This document shows positions 27,223-39,500 of a stretch of 64,000 nucleotides of DNA, in pieces; within the stretch, counting starts at the first letter, position 1, and each line of letters begins with the position of its first letter. A model generated the notes under the pieces. That model was not told the DNA's origin. It ran no database searches and worked only from the letters and a program-made list of their open reading frames with translations. Both the position numbers and the translations under genes were made by a program. Source of the DNA: Candidatus Eiseniibacteriota bacterium (GTDB taxonomy: Bacteria; Eisenbacteria; RBG-16-71-46; CAIMUX01; VGJL01); the NCBI GenBank assembly GCA_963792585.1, contig CAWBWI010000004.1, forward strand, positions 160,001 to 224,000, read 5' to 3'.

Positions 27223-27396
27223 CGAACACTTATCTTGGTGCACGAGCTCTCGCGGCTTACCTCGCCTTCCGGTCGATAGCAAGCGATCCGCGTAGCTACG
27301 CGGCAGATATCGTCTACCTTGCAGTTGTCAAAGCATCTGTGACTCGCCGCGATGCGGCGGCAATGAAACCTGGTTCGCGCGTCCGGCGCGTCGAGT

Positions 27397-27472
27397 TGGT
27401 GGAGATAACCGGGATCGAACCGGCAACCTCCGGCTTGCAAAGCCGGCGCTCTCCCAATTGAGCTATATCCCC
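27397..27472 (-). tRNA. tRNA-Ala(TGC)
   Basis: GGGGATATAGCTCAATTGG...TTGCAA...GGTTCGATCC...CCA. Confidence 0.96.
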
Positions 27473-27544
27473 AGAACCAGAACCGGTGGACGCACGCCCC
27501 GCCCGCGATCCGTACGACGGTCGCCGCTCGGGACGAACCGAAGA

Positions 27545-27621
<77 letters not shown>

Positions 27622-27783
27622 AGACGATCACGGCATGACTCGACCCGGTCGTCCGAGGTCCTAGCTGCCGGGTTCCAGACAACGACGAGAGCAGGTGCAG
27701 CGAAGACGAGATCGAATCGATCGACCGTCGGAGTCTGGCGTCGACCTGACCGTGGTTGTCCCGACAGGGACTCCATCCGGACT

Positions 27784-29346
<1,563 letters not shown>

Positions 29347-29474
29347 TGTTCGGAAACTCGGAGCGCCCTCGACCGAAGTCGAGGACGTACTAATATTGAC
29401 GTTCGCGCTTGCGCACCCCGTCAAAGACGAGGCCGCCGAGCGCCGATTCGGGCTCGCTTACCTGCACCTTTCTC

Positions 29475-29486
29475 TTGTCAAAGAAC
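29475..29486 (-). promoter_or_regulatory. rrn leader boxA-like antitermination element
   Basis: GTTCTTTGACAA; similar ATGCTTTGACAA in the spacer near 27327-27338. Confidence 0.6.
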
Positions 29487-29514
29487 GTGTACTCGCGCCG
29501 ATGCGCAAAAGGGA

Positions 29515-29643
29515 AAACTATCCGTGCGGCCCTTACCCCGTCAACGGGAAAATCTGCCCGAGGGGCGAGGTCCGACAAACTTCGACTTCGGAACTCTGTC
29601 CGCAGGAACTTGGACTCTACGGAAGCCCACCCGCATCGGTCAA
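29515..29643 (-). promoter_or_regulatory. tandem rRNA promoters (P1/P2-like)
   Basis: TTGACC-N18-TAGAGT (29643-29614) and TTGACG-N18-TAGTTT (29544-29515). Confidence 0.55.
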
Positions 29644-29842
29644 GCGGGTTTTTCGCCTCTGGTGCGTTTTCGCACGAGGAATCACAACTACTTGCGCCAC
29701 AGCGGATTAGCTCCCATTTCGATCCGGCCGCCGCGGGAGAGACGCCTCCCAAGCTGTTTTCGGGTGCCGTCGCACGCCCCTTCAACCCCTGTTCTCCGGG
29801 CACTCCTTGACCCCCCAGGAACCCTTGTGGTTCGCTCCCCGT

Positions 29843-31906
29843 GTGAAAACCTTCGTCGCCATGGTGGTCGGAGTTCCCCTGCTCCTCGCGGCGGGTCTCC
29901 TGGCGCTCTTCCTCATCTGGGGAAATCGCCTCCCCGTCCCCTCGAATGTCGAGGAGTTGGAGGCCCAGCGCGCGCTCCGTCGTCTTCGACCGAGACGGCG
30001 CGACGCTCGGCGGCTACTTCACGGAGGATCGCAACCCGATCACGCTCGCGGAGGTCCCGCCGCAGTTGAAGCATGCGGTGCTCGCCGCGGAGGATCGGCG
30101 ATTCTACGGCCACTGGGGCATCAATATGGTCGCCTTTGCGCGCGCCGCGCTGCGCAACATCGCGGCGCGTGAGGTGACGCAGGGGGCGAGCACGATCACG
30201 ATGCAGCTCGCCCGGAATCTCTTTCTCGATCAGAGCCGCACGCTCGAACGCAAGCTGAAGGAGATCGTGCTCGCGATCCGCTTCGAGCGGTCCTTCTCCA
30301 AGGACGAGCTCCTCGAGCTCTACCTCAACCGTATCTACTTCGGTGAGGGCGCATACGGCGTGCAGGCAGCCGCGCGTCGCTACTTCTGCGAAGGACGTGG
30401 GGGAACTCACCGTCCCCGAGGCCGCGATGATCGCCGGACATTCCCGCCAATCCCGCGGCGTTCTCCCCCGTGCGCCATCCGCAAGCGTCGCGCTCAGCGA
30501 CGCAATCGTGTGCTCGGCTCGATGCGGGAGACCGGCGAGATCACCGGCCCGGCGTACGAGAGGATGGTCGCCGAGTCGCTCGGAGTGCTCCCCGGAGGAT
30601 CCGCCAGCGGAGAAGCTCCATACTTCCTCGAGTACGTTCGTCTGCAGCTGATGGAGCGATTCGGCGGTCACGTCGTCTACGAAGGAGGACTTCGGATCCA
30701 CACGAGTCTCGATCTCGATCTGCAGCGCGCGGCAGAGATCGCGATCGAGAAGCAGTGCCGCGCGATCGAGGCATCGCGTCGGTATCGCGACACATTCGAG
30801 GGATTCCGCGGCGCCGGAGCGCGCGAGGGCGAGGAGGGAACTCCTTATCTGCAGGCCGCGCTCGTCGCGCTCGAGCCGCAAACGGGCCAGATCCTGGCAA
30901 TGGTCGGAGGCCGCTCCTAGCAGGACAGCCGGTTCAATCGGGCCGTACAGGCTCGCCGGCAACCCGGCAGCTCGTTCAAGCCGTTCATCTACGCGCTTGC
31001 CCTGCGAAACGGGATGCGCCCGACCGACACGATCCTCGACGCGCCGGTCAGCTATCCGATGGGCTACCTCGCATCGGCGGGCCGCTGGGAACCGAAGAAC
31101 TTCCACAACAAGTACGAGGGCATGGTGACCTTGCGGTACGCCCTCGCCAAATCGATCAACGTTCCCGCCGTCAAGCTGCTCGAGCGGGTCGGGCCGCGCA
31201 ACGTCGTCGAGTTCGCGCACGCCTGCGGAATCCAGGGGCCGCTGCCCGCATACCTGTCGCTCGCGCTCGGGACGGGCGAGGTCACGCCCCTCGAGATGGC
31301 GGACGCCTACGGCGCGTTCGACAACCAGGGGATGCGCGTCACCCCGATCTCCGTTCTACGGGTCGAAGATCCGATGGGCCGTGTGCTGCAAGAGGATCGT
31401 CCCCAGACCTTCGAGGTCCTCGACGAGAAGACGAGCGCCCTGCTCATCAGCATGATGCGTGGCGTCATGGACAATGGAACGGGCGCCGCCGCGCGCTCGA
31501 AGATGGACTTCCGCGCCCCCGCGGCAGGAAGACCGGCACGACGGACGACTACACCGACGCATGGTTCATCGGTATGGTTCCGAGCTGCGTCTGCGCGGTC
31601 TGGGTCGGATTCGACGAGAAGAGGTCGATCGGAAGCGGCATGACCGGCGCGAAGGCCGCGCTCCCCATCTGGGTCGACTTCATGAAGGAGTTCGTCCGGC
31701 TGCACGGGGAGGAAGACTTCGGCACACCTGCGGGAATCACCACCGTCCAGGTCTGTTCGGTGACCGGCATGCTCGCGAAATCGGGGTGCCGGGCCGTCAC
31801 GATCGCATATCGATCGGGAACCGAGCCGCACGAATACTGCACGGTGCACGAGGGGACGGAGCCGCCTCCACCTCAGGAAGAACCGGACACCGACGAAGGC
31901 TGGTAG
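29843..31906 (+). CDS. class A penicillin-binding protein (PBP1A family); frameshifts and an in-frame TAG at 30918
   Basis: EDRRFYGH, GASTITMQLARNL, RKLKE, RQPGSSFKP (SxxK), SIN, KTGTT. Confidence 0.9.
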
Positions 31907-31915
31907 ACCCGCGCG

Positions 31916-33252
31916 CTAACGCCGCGGGCGCCCGCCCCGGATCCGATCGATCAGCACCGGACGCCGTCGCGGCCGCTGCGGCGAGAATCTGAAGGCGGCG
32001 AGCAGGCGCGCCTCCATGGCGTCTGCATCGGTCCCTTTCGCGAGGTGGAGTTCGGCGATCGATGCGCCCTTCTCGAGCCGCTCCCCGGGTTTCGCGCGGA
32101 GGATGATCCCCACCGAGGGGTCGACCGCATCCTCCACCTTCCGTCGTCCTCCGCCGAGATCGATCACGATCTCGCCGATCTCGCGGGCGTCGATGCCCGC
32201 TACATGACCTGTGCGGTTCGTGACGACCGTGCGGACGATCGGTGCGCGCGGGAGCCGCGCGGGATCCAGCGTCACCCTTCGGTCGCCGCCTTGCGCCTCG
32301 ATCATCTCGCCCAGCCGGTCGAGGGCGCGCCCCGATCGCCAAGCATCGAGCACGCGGCCGCGCGCGGGGGCATCCTTCTCTCCGCCGACGCGCAGCATGG
32401 CGCAGGCGATCTCGATCGATACCCTCTCGAGATCTTCGGAAATCTCCTCGCCGCGCAAGAACCGGATCGACTCCTCCACCTCGAGCGCATTGCCGATCGC
32501 GCATCCGAGTGGGTCGTTCATCGCCGTCAGGAACGCCTCGGTGCGGATCCCGAGGTCCGTGCTCGCGTGAACCAGGCGCTCGGCGAGCGCCCGCGCCTTG
32601 CGCCGACTCGGCGCGAATCCTCCCGCACCCACCTTCACGTCGAGGACGAGGCCGTCGAGACGGGCGGCGGCCTTCTTCGAGAGGATGCTAGAGACGATCA
32701 AGGGGTGCGACTCGACGATCCCGGCGACGTCGCGCAGGGCGTACATCCTGCGGTCCGCCGGCACCAGATCCTCGGAGGCGCCCGCGATGCAACAGCCCAC
32801 GCGCGACACGATCGCGCGGAACTCCTCGGTCTCGAGCCGCGACCCGGTAACCCGGTATCGACTCGAGTTTGTCCGAGTGTCCCCCCGGTGTGACCGAGCG
32901 ACCGCCCGGAGATCATCGGCACGCGCAGGCCGCAGGCCGCCGCGATTGGCGCGACGATCAACGAGACCTTGTCGCCGACTCCCCCCGTCGAGTGCTTGTC
33001 GATCACCGGCGCCCCCGCGGGCCATGTCGGGAGGCTTGCGCCGGAGTCGAGCATCGACCTTCGTGAGCCATGCGGTCTCAGAACGATCCAGCCCGCGGAA
33101 GAAGACGGCCATCATCCAGGCCGTCATCTGGTAGTCGGCAACCTTTCCCTCGACGTATCCGCGGATCATCGATCCTCGATCTCTCCGGACGGATGGGATC
33201 CGCCGTCGCGCTTGCGCAGGATCGCGCGGACCGGGGTGAAGGGGGCGTTCAC
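31916..33252 (-). CDS. thymidine/pyrimidine-nucleoside phosphorylase; frameshifted
   Basis: [47 protein letters not shown]. Confidence 0.9.
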
Positions 33253-33656
33253 GATGAGACCCTGGATCCCCCGCTCGACCCGGGGAGCAGGCGGGCAAGG
33301 GAGACGCGTCGCGGCCGGGCGCTCTCGCAGAGGAGCACGACCTCGATCCCCGGCGCGAACTCCGCGAGCATCTGGCGGCAAGCCCCGCACGGCGGGGTCG
33401 GCTCGGCGGTCGGCGTGTAGATCCAGATGCGGCGAAACCCGTGGGCGCCCCGCGTGATTGCACCGCCAAGTGCGGTCCGTTCCGCGCAGATCGACAAGCC
33501 CAGGGAGGCGCACTCGACGTTGCAGCCCGTGTGGAGCTGTCCCGTCGCATCCTCGAGAACCGCGCCGACCCGGAAACCGGAATAAGGGGCGTGCGCACGG
33601 CCGGCCGCGCTACGCGCCTCCTCGCTCGGATCGGACCTCCCGGGACCCGTCCTCAT
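33249..33656 (-). CDS. cdd: cytidine deaminase
   Basis: APYSGFRVGA, GCNVE, CAERTA, PCGACRQ. Confidence 0.93.
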   Translation of the reverse strand: MRTGPGRSDPSEEARSAAGRAHAPYSGFRVGAVLEDATGQLHTGCNVECASLGLSICAERTALGGAITRGAHGFRRIWIYTPTAEPTPPCGACRQMLAEFAPGIEVVLLCESARPRRVSLARLLPGSSGGSRVSS

Positions 33657-33697
33657 CGTTCGACCCTCCGTTCCCCCTCGCATGGTATCGTCCGGAC

Positions 33698-34519
33698 ATG
33701 GAAAAGACGACGGCCCTTACCCGCGCATGCGAGCGTCTCGCGGAGATCTGCCGCGTCCTGAGGGAGCCCGACGGCTGCGCATGGGATCGCGCGCAGTCCC
33801 CCACCAGCCTCGCCCCCTATCTCGTGGAGGAGGTCCACGAGGTCGTGGAGGCCCTTAGCCTCGGGCGGCGCGAGGAGTTGACGGATGAGATTGGCGACGC
33901 CATCTACCTCTGGGTCTTCTTCCTGCAGGTCGTCGAGGAGACGGGACTCGCGTCGGTCGACGACGCGGCCCGGGCGATCGAGGCAAAGCTCATCCGGCGT
34001 CACCCGCACGTATTCGCCTCGGCGGAAGCGCCCCCCACCGAACAGGACGGTCACAGTCTCTGGGAGCAGCGAAAGCGACTCGAACGGGGCCCCGGAGACG
34101 AGGTCCTGAAGCAGCTCCCAGCGAGCCTGCCGGCCCTGGCGCGGGCGCGAAGACTCCAGGAGAAGGCGGCCGCCTTCGGCTTCGACTGGGGATCTCCCGA
34201 AGAAGTCGTCCCGAAGATCCGGGAGGAAGTCGACGAGATGGCAGAGGCGATGCGAATCGCACCGGGATCCCGGGAGGTCACCGAGGAACTCGGCGATCTG
34301 CTCTTCGCGCTGGTCAACCTCGCTCGTCATCTAGGTCAGGATCCCGAAGCGGTGCTCTCCGTCGCAACCGAGAAGTTCCGGTCCCGGTTCAACGCAATGG
34401 CTCTATCCGTGGAGCGAGCGGGGCACCGCATGGGCGACGCCCCGCTCGAGTTGCTCGAGGCCCACTGGCAGGCGATCAAACGGGCCCCTATCGAGAGTCC
34501 GCCCCCGGATCCGCGATGA
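33698..34519 (+). CDS. mazG: nucleoside triphosphate pyrophosphohydrolase MazG
   Basis: GCAWDRAQ, EEVHE, EIGD, KLIRRHPHVF, GFDW, EELGDLLF. Confidence 0.93.
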   Translation: MEKTTALTRACERLAEICRVLREPDGCAWDRAQSPTSLAPYLVEEVHEVVEALSLGRREELTDEIGDAIYLWVFFLQVVEETGLASVDDAARAIEAKLIRRHPHVFASAEAPPTEQDGHSLWEQRKRLERGPGDEVLKQLPASLPALARARRLQEKAAAFGFDWGSPEEVVPKIREEVDEMAEAMRIAPGSREVTEELGDLLFALVNLARHLGQDPEAVLSVATEKFRSRFNAMALSVERAGHRMGDAPLELLEAHWQAIKRAPIESPPPDPR

Positions 34520-35063
34520 CGAGCATGCGTCCACCCAGATCCTCCATGGCCGAGACGGTCGGCGGACCAGGCAGAGCTCCGTGCACCGAGTCGCCCTGGG
34601 TCAGCACCATTTCTTGCGGACCGACCCGCATTTGCACCTTTCCCTCGATGCAGTAGAAGCAGACGTCTTGCCCGCGCGTCAACCAGGTGAGGTCGGCGCT
34701 CCCACCCGGCTCCAGGGCGACCTCATGGGCGCAGATCCTGCCGCCGAGGACACCGCGGGAGAGCAGTTCGATCCCCCCGGCCGCAACGTCATTCCCGCAG
34801 GGAAGCGCCTCGGCCGGACGATCCTGATCGCTCGTGATGCAGACCTCCTCGAGCTTCCGCTCCTCGATGAAGTAGCTTGCGTCCTTGCGCAGCGCATGCG
34901 CGATCTTGATCAGCGCCCCGATCGTCGGCGAGGTCATTCCTCTCTCGATCTCGGAGATGTGCGTGGACGAAAGCCCGGACGAGCTCTCGACTTCCTTCAA
35001 TGTGAGATTCTGCCGCTGACGAACCTCCCGCAGCCGCTTCCCCAAAGCGTCCTTCGAGATCAT
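34488..35063 (-). CDS. XRE-family HTH regulator with degenerate cupin domain
   Basis: LGKRLREVRQRQNLTLKEV...HISEIERGMTSPTIGAL; C-terminal cupin-like LTQGDSVH. Confidence 0.85.
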   Translation of the reverse strand: MISKDALGKRLREVRQRQNLTLKEVESSSGLSSTHISEIERGMTSPTIGALIKIAHALRKDASYFIEERKLEEVCITSDQDRPAEALPCGNDVAAGGIELLSRGVLGGRICAHEVALEPGGSADLTWLTRGQDVCFYCIEGKVQMRVGPQEMVLTQGDSVHGALPGPPTVSAMEDLGGRMLVIADPGADSR

Positions 35064-35082
35064 CGGTTCCCCCTTCCCCGGC

Positions 35083-35646
35083 TCAGATGAAGAGCCGCGG
35101 CCGGCACGCCCACAGGGCGCGGCAGGGCGTCGGCGCGAGATTGCGGATCCGGTGCGGGTGAACGGCCTTGAAGTGGATCGTGTCCCCGCGGCGAAGCAGA
35201 TAGGAGGAGCCGTTGACGACCACCTCCAGAATCCCGTCCAAGACGTAACAGAACTCCTCCCCCTCGTGACCGGGAACCCCTTCGACCTGTCCATTGGCGG
35301 GGATCGTTGCGACGAAGAGGGACATCTCGGAATGGGCGAGGCGGTCGGTCAGGGGATCAAGGAGTACCGTCCCCCCGCACATCGCGAGGCCTCGGCGTTC
35401 GTCAGGGCGACGCACCCGCAGTTCGGGGATCGGAGGGATGTCGATGAGATAGGAGGGAAGAACGCCAAGCGCATCGGCGATCCTCTCCAGGGCGCCGATC
35501 GTCGGGGACGTATTGCCCCGTTCGATCTCGGAGATGTGGGTCGCGCTGACGCCGACCCGGGCTTCGATCTGTTTGAGCGTGAGACCACGCTCTTGGCGGA
35601 TCCGGCGGACCCGCGACCCTAGGGCCTTGCTGATCGTCTCTGTCAT
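35083..35646 (-). CDS. XRE-family HTH regulator with cupin domain (PuuR-like architecture)
   Basis: HISEIERGNTSPTIGAL; GHEGEEFCYVLDG, GDTIHFKAVHPHRIRN. Confidence 0.9.
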   Translation of the reverse strand: MTETISKALGSRVRRIRQERGLTLKQIEARVGVSATHISEIERGNTSPTIGALERIADALGVLPSYLIDIPPIPELRVRRPDERRGLAMCGGTVLLDPLTDRLAHSEMSLFVATIPANGQVEGVPGHEGEEFCYVLDGILEVVVNGSSYLLRRGDTIHFKAVHPHRIRNLAPTPCRALWACRPRLFI

Positions 35647-35725
35647 ACCTGGACCATCCTCTTTCACGTTATAAGGAAACCATGTTCACGAAGGCTGGAC
35701 ATGATGGTCTTCGGCAGGAGGTGCG

Positions 35726-36609
35726 CTAGGCAACTCCCTCCGGCGGACACGTGAGCCCCAGAACCTTGTTCAGCAGCTTTGCGGCCATGAAATCCGGGGC
35801 GTGCAGTCCCGGGATCGGCGCCAGCTCCATGAGATCGAAGCCGACCACGTCCCGGTCTTTCGTCAACTCGCGCACGAACCAGCAGATCTCATCCCAGCGA
35901 AATCCCCCGGGCTCGGGGGTCCCCGTGGAGGGAAGGATCGATGGATCGAGCACGTCGAGGTCGATCGTCAGATAGATTCGGGGACCCAGAAGGAGACGGC
36001 CTCTCGGGCCACCGCCTCCCGGTCCTCGCGGCATCGACGGGCCGGAAAGAGCGGCAACCGCTCGCGCCGAACCCGTTCGAACTCGGGCGCGCTGATGCTC
36101 CGTATGCCCACCTGGACGCACGGGAATAGCTCCCGCGCCCGGGCCATGACGCAGGCATGGCTGAAGGGCGATCCCTGGTACTCCTCTCGCAGGTCGGCGT
36201 GGGCGTCGAGTTGCAGGATCGTGAGAGATTTCTCACGCGCAGCAAGGGCCCGGAAGGCTCCCACGCTCAGGCTGTGGTCTCCCCCCACCAGCACCGGAAA
36301 ACGCCTGTCGTCCAGGACCCCGCCGATCGCATCGGCGACGACCTCGATCATTCGCTCGGGTCCGGCGACGATCTGTTCGATAATGTCTGAGGTGTGGACC
36401 CCTACGTCGGTTGGGGAGAAGCCGAGCTCGTCGTCGAAAAGTTCGACGTTGGCGGAGGCATTCAGGAGGGCTCGGGGGCCGAATCGAGCCCCGGGACCAT
36501 AGCTGGTCGTGAGGTCGTAAGCCACTGGGACAATGACAGCTCGGGCCTCCTCATAGGGGGTCTGAATGCCACCGAATGCCCAGATATCATCCGTTCCGCT
36601 CACGGGCAA
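35726..36609 (-). CDS. speB: agmatinase; frameshift near 35985
   Basis: GARFGP, GGDHSLS, DAHADLR, TIDLDVLDPS, STGTPEPGG. Confidence 0.9.
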
Positions 36610-36729
36610 CCCTCTCCAATTTCACGTACTGCGGCTACGGCAATAGCTTTGCGCATCATGTATAGCGGAAAAACGAATCCGGCGCAAGCGTTTTGATAGC
36701 GGGACGGGAACCGGGGGGGCCAGCCCGGG

Positions 36730-36758
36730 TTGACACGATCCTGCCGGTCGGCTAGCGT
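36730..36758 (+). promoter_or_regulatory. sigma70-like promoter
   Basis: TTGACA-N17-TAGCGT upstream of the 3D-domain gene. Confidence 0.55.
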
Positions 36759-36775
36759 CCCGTACTGGGACTGGG

Positions 36776-37504
36776 TTGAGATCTCAACGAAGGAGGGCGA
36801 GCGAAAAGGTGCGTTTGAGCTTGTCCAGAACGATCCGGACCACCCGGGCCGTCCCCCATTGGCTGCTGGCGAACGTCCGTGTGCTGGCTCGCCTGCCCCA
36901 CCTCATCCCGATCGAGGAGGTCGCCCAGCCCGTCTGGCGCATGCCGTGGGGGGTTCGGACGGCAGCAGTCGTCATGAGCCTCGTCGGATTGGTCGGTGGC
37001 GTCCATGTCCTCGACGCCCAGATCGCCGATCTCGGCCCGCAGGTGGCCAATACGGCCGCGGAATCCGTTGTGCCGGCAGTCGTGGGTCCGCCGGTCGCGC
37101 CGCCGGAGCCGACGGCGATGATCGTGGAGCATCCCCCCCAGGGCGACACCCACCGTTTCCTTCTGGTGACCATCACGGCCTATACGAGTTCCGCCGAGCA
37201 GACCGATGAGAGCCCCAGTGTGACGGCCTCGAGCCGCCATGCGAGGCCGGGCACCATCGCGCTGTCGCGGGACCTCCTGCGCACGTTCACCCCCGGCGCG
37301 CCCTTCGATTTCGGTGACCGGGTCCTCATCCCCGGCATGGGAATGTATGTCGTCGACGACACCATGAGCCCCCGCTGGACGCGCATGGCGGACATCTGGT
37401 TCGCCGACCTCCAGACGGCCAGGAATTGGGGACGGCGGGATGTCTACCTCACCGGTGTCAACCCCGGGGAGCCTCTGCTCGTCTCGGAGCACTGGCACCC
37501 CTAG
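36776..37504 (+). CDS. membrane-anchored 3D-domain (MltA-like) protein; start uncertain
   Basis: TITAYTSS..QTD, IALSRDL, VDDTM, ADIWF, ARNWGRR. Confidence 0.8.
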   Translation: MRSQRRRASEKVRLSLSRTIRTTRAVPHWLLANVRVLARLPHLIPIEEVAQPVWRMPWGVRTAAVVMSLVGLVGGVHVLDAQIADLGPQVANTAAESVVPAVVGPPVAPPEPTAMIVEHPPQGDTHRFLLVTITAYTSSAEQTDESPSVTASSRHARPGTIALSRDLLRTFTPGAPFDFGDRVLIPGMGMYVVDDTMSPRWTRMADIWFADLQTARNWGRRDVYLTGVNPGEPLLVSEHWHP

Positions 37505-38436
37505 CGGGCCGTCCTCCGCTCTCCCCGAGCCCCTCGTCCCTCTCCGAGGGATGCGAGAATCCTCAAGTAGCTGTCATAGCGGATCGCCGGGATGATCCCC
37601 CGTTCCACCGCGGCGCGGACCGCGCAACCGCCCTCCTGCTCGTGCAGGCAGTCCGTGTAACGACACCCATCATGGGCGCGCAGTTCCGGAAACGCCGCGG
37701 CGAGGTCTTCGGGGCCCAAGCCCCAAGGGCGCACTGCCCGGAGCCCGGGGGTGTCGAGCACCACTCCGCCTCCCGGAAGATCGATCCACTCCACCCGAAC
37801 CGTCGTGTGCACCCCGCGGGAAGTCGCGCGGCTGACGGTTCCGGTGCGAAGGTGGATCCCGGGGACGGCGGCGTTCAGCAGACTCGACTTCCCGACTCCC
37901 GATGCTCCCAGGAGCGCCGTCGTCCGCCCGGCGAGGCGCGCGCGCACCCCGTCGAGCCCATCGCCGTTGCGTACGGAGATCCGCAACACCTCGTATCCAG
38001 CTGCGGGATACAGATCCAATCCCGCTGGTTCCCGCTCGTGGAGCAAGTCCAGTTTGTTGACGACGATCAGCGCGGGTACGCAGGCCGTGTGCGACAGGAG
38101 CAAGAAGCGGTCGAGGGCGCGAAGGTTCAGCTCGGGGTCGCGAAAGGACTGCAGGCATAGGGTCTGGTCGATGTTGGCGGCGATCGGCTGGTAGCGCCGC
38201 GGATCGCCGGCATCCGCCCGGGCGAGGACGTTGCGTCTCTCCAGAACCCTCCGGATCACGATCGACCCGCCCTCCTCCTGGGCGACTTCGACCCGATCCC
38301 CGACAGCTACGGGGTGCGTAGCCGTCTTCGGGCCCGTCCGGAATCGGCCGCGAAGCACGGCCCGCGATTCCTCGCCGCCGTCCGCACGCAGCCTCACAGC
38401 AGGTCCCTCGATCCGAATCACAGTCGCGATCAGCAT
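37501..38436 (-). CDS. rsgA: ribosome small subunit-dependent GTPase A
   Basis: NKLD, GASGVGKSSLLN, GVHTT, DTPG, CRYTDCLHEQEGGC. Confidence 0.95.
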   Translation of the reverse strand: MLIATVIRIEGPAVRLRADGGEESRAVLRGRFRTGPKTATHPVAVGDRVEVAQEEGGSIVIRRVLERRNVLARADAGDPRRYQPIAANIDQTLCLQSFRDPELNLRALDRFLLLSHTACVPALIVVNKLDLLHEREPAGLDLYPAAGYEVLRISVRNGDGLDGVRARLAGRTTALLGASGVGKSSLLNAAVPGIHLRTGTVSRATSRGVHTTVRVEWIDLPGGGVVLDTPGLRAVRPWGLGPEDLAAAFPELRAHDGCRYTDCLHEQEGGCAVRAAVERGIIPAIRYDSYLRILASLGEGRGARGERRTAR

Positions 38437-38513
38437 CGCATGATCCTAGCACGGACCGCGCGGCATCCCGGCGCCTCTGCTATCCTGCACTTCATCACCG
38501 TTGGGGGAGGACG

Positions 38514-39500
38514 ATGGCGCCACGGGACGACGATCTTGCACACTGGACGCGGAGCCACTTCTGCAAGGTTCCGGCCTCGAAGGCAGGTCAACGCCTCGAC
38601 GCGTTCCTCGCGAGGAGTTTCCCCTACCGCTCGCGCACGAGTTGGGCGGCATTCGTCCGGGCAGGCCGCATCCGGCTCAATGACGGACAGGCGCGGCCCG
38701 GCCGCTCGCTGAGGAGCGGAGACCGGATCCAATACGTCCCCGATTCCCGTCCGGAACCTCGCGTTTCGAGCGCCTACAAGGTGATCCACGAGGACGCGAG
38801 CCTGCTCGCGATTCGCAAGCCGGCCAACCTACCGGTCCACCCTTCCGGCCGGTACTTCAACAACACGCTGCTCCTGATGTTGCTCGCGGAGCGAGGCGAG
38901 GATCTCGGCTCGACGGAGTTGCGGATCGTGCATCGCCTCGATCGGGAGACGAGCGGCGTCATCCTCTTCGGAGAAGGACGGGAGGCCGCCGCCGCATTGG
39001 CAACGCAGTTCGAGTTCCGGAAGGTCCGAAAACGCTACCTCGCGATCGTCCACGGGAAACCCCTGGAGGATCGCTTCGAGATCGACGCCCCGATCGGACG
39101 GGATCCCGACTCTCCGATCCGGAAGGCGATGAGTGTCCGCGCCGACGGGCGCGCTGCCCGAACTCGCTTTCGGGTGCTGCGGCGAGGGCCGGAGCACGCC
39201 CTGGTCCTGGCCCGTCCGCTCACCGGCCGGCTTCACCAGATCCGGGTGCACCTGCGCCATGCGGCGCTCCCGATCGTCGGGGACAAGGTCTACGGTCTCG
39301 ATCCGCAGCTCTTCCTGAGATTCATAGGCGGCGCGCTCTCCGGTGACGATCGTCGGCGGCTCCTCTGGCGGCGACAGGCTCTTCATGCGTGGAGCCTCAC
39401 GATTCGCCACCCCGACGATGGCCGGCGGATGACGTTCCGCGCGGGCGTGGGATCTTCGTGGAAGCGCATGGCGGAGCGCCTGGGACTCGGCGAGCGATGA
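38514..39500 (+). CDS. RluA/RluD family pseudouridine synthase
   Basis: S4 domain; HRLDRETSG, TGRLHQIRVHL, IVGDKVYG, QALHA. Confidence 0.93.
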   Translation: MAPRDDDLAHWTRSHFCKVPASKAGQRLDAFLARSFPYRSRTSWAAFVRAGRIRLNDGQARPGRSLRSGDRIQYVPDSRPEPRVSSAYKVIHEDASLLAIRKPANLPVHPSGRYFNNTLLLMLLAERGEDLGSTELRIVHRLDRETSGVILFGEGREAAAALATQFEFRKVRKRYLAIVHGKPLEDRFEIDAPIGRDPDSPIRKAMSVRADGRAARTRFRVLRRGPEHALVLARPLTGRLHQIRVHLRHAALPIVGDKVYGLDPQLFLRFIGGALSGDDRRRLLWRRQALHAWSLTIRHPDDGRRMTFRAGVGSSWKRMAERLGLGER

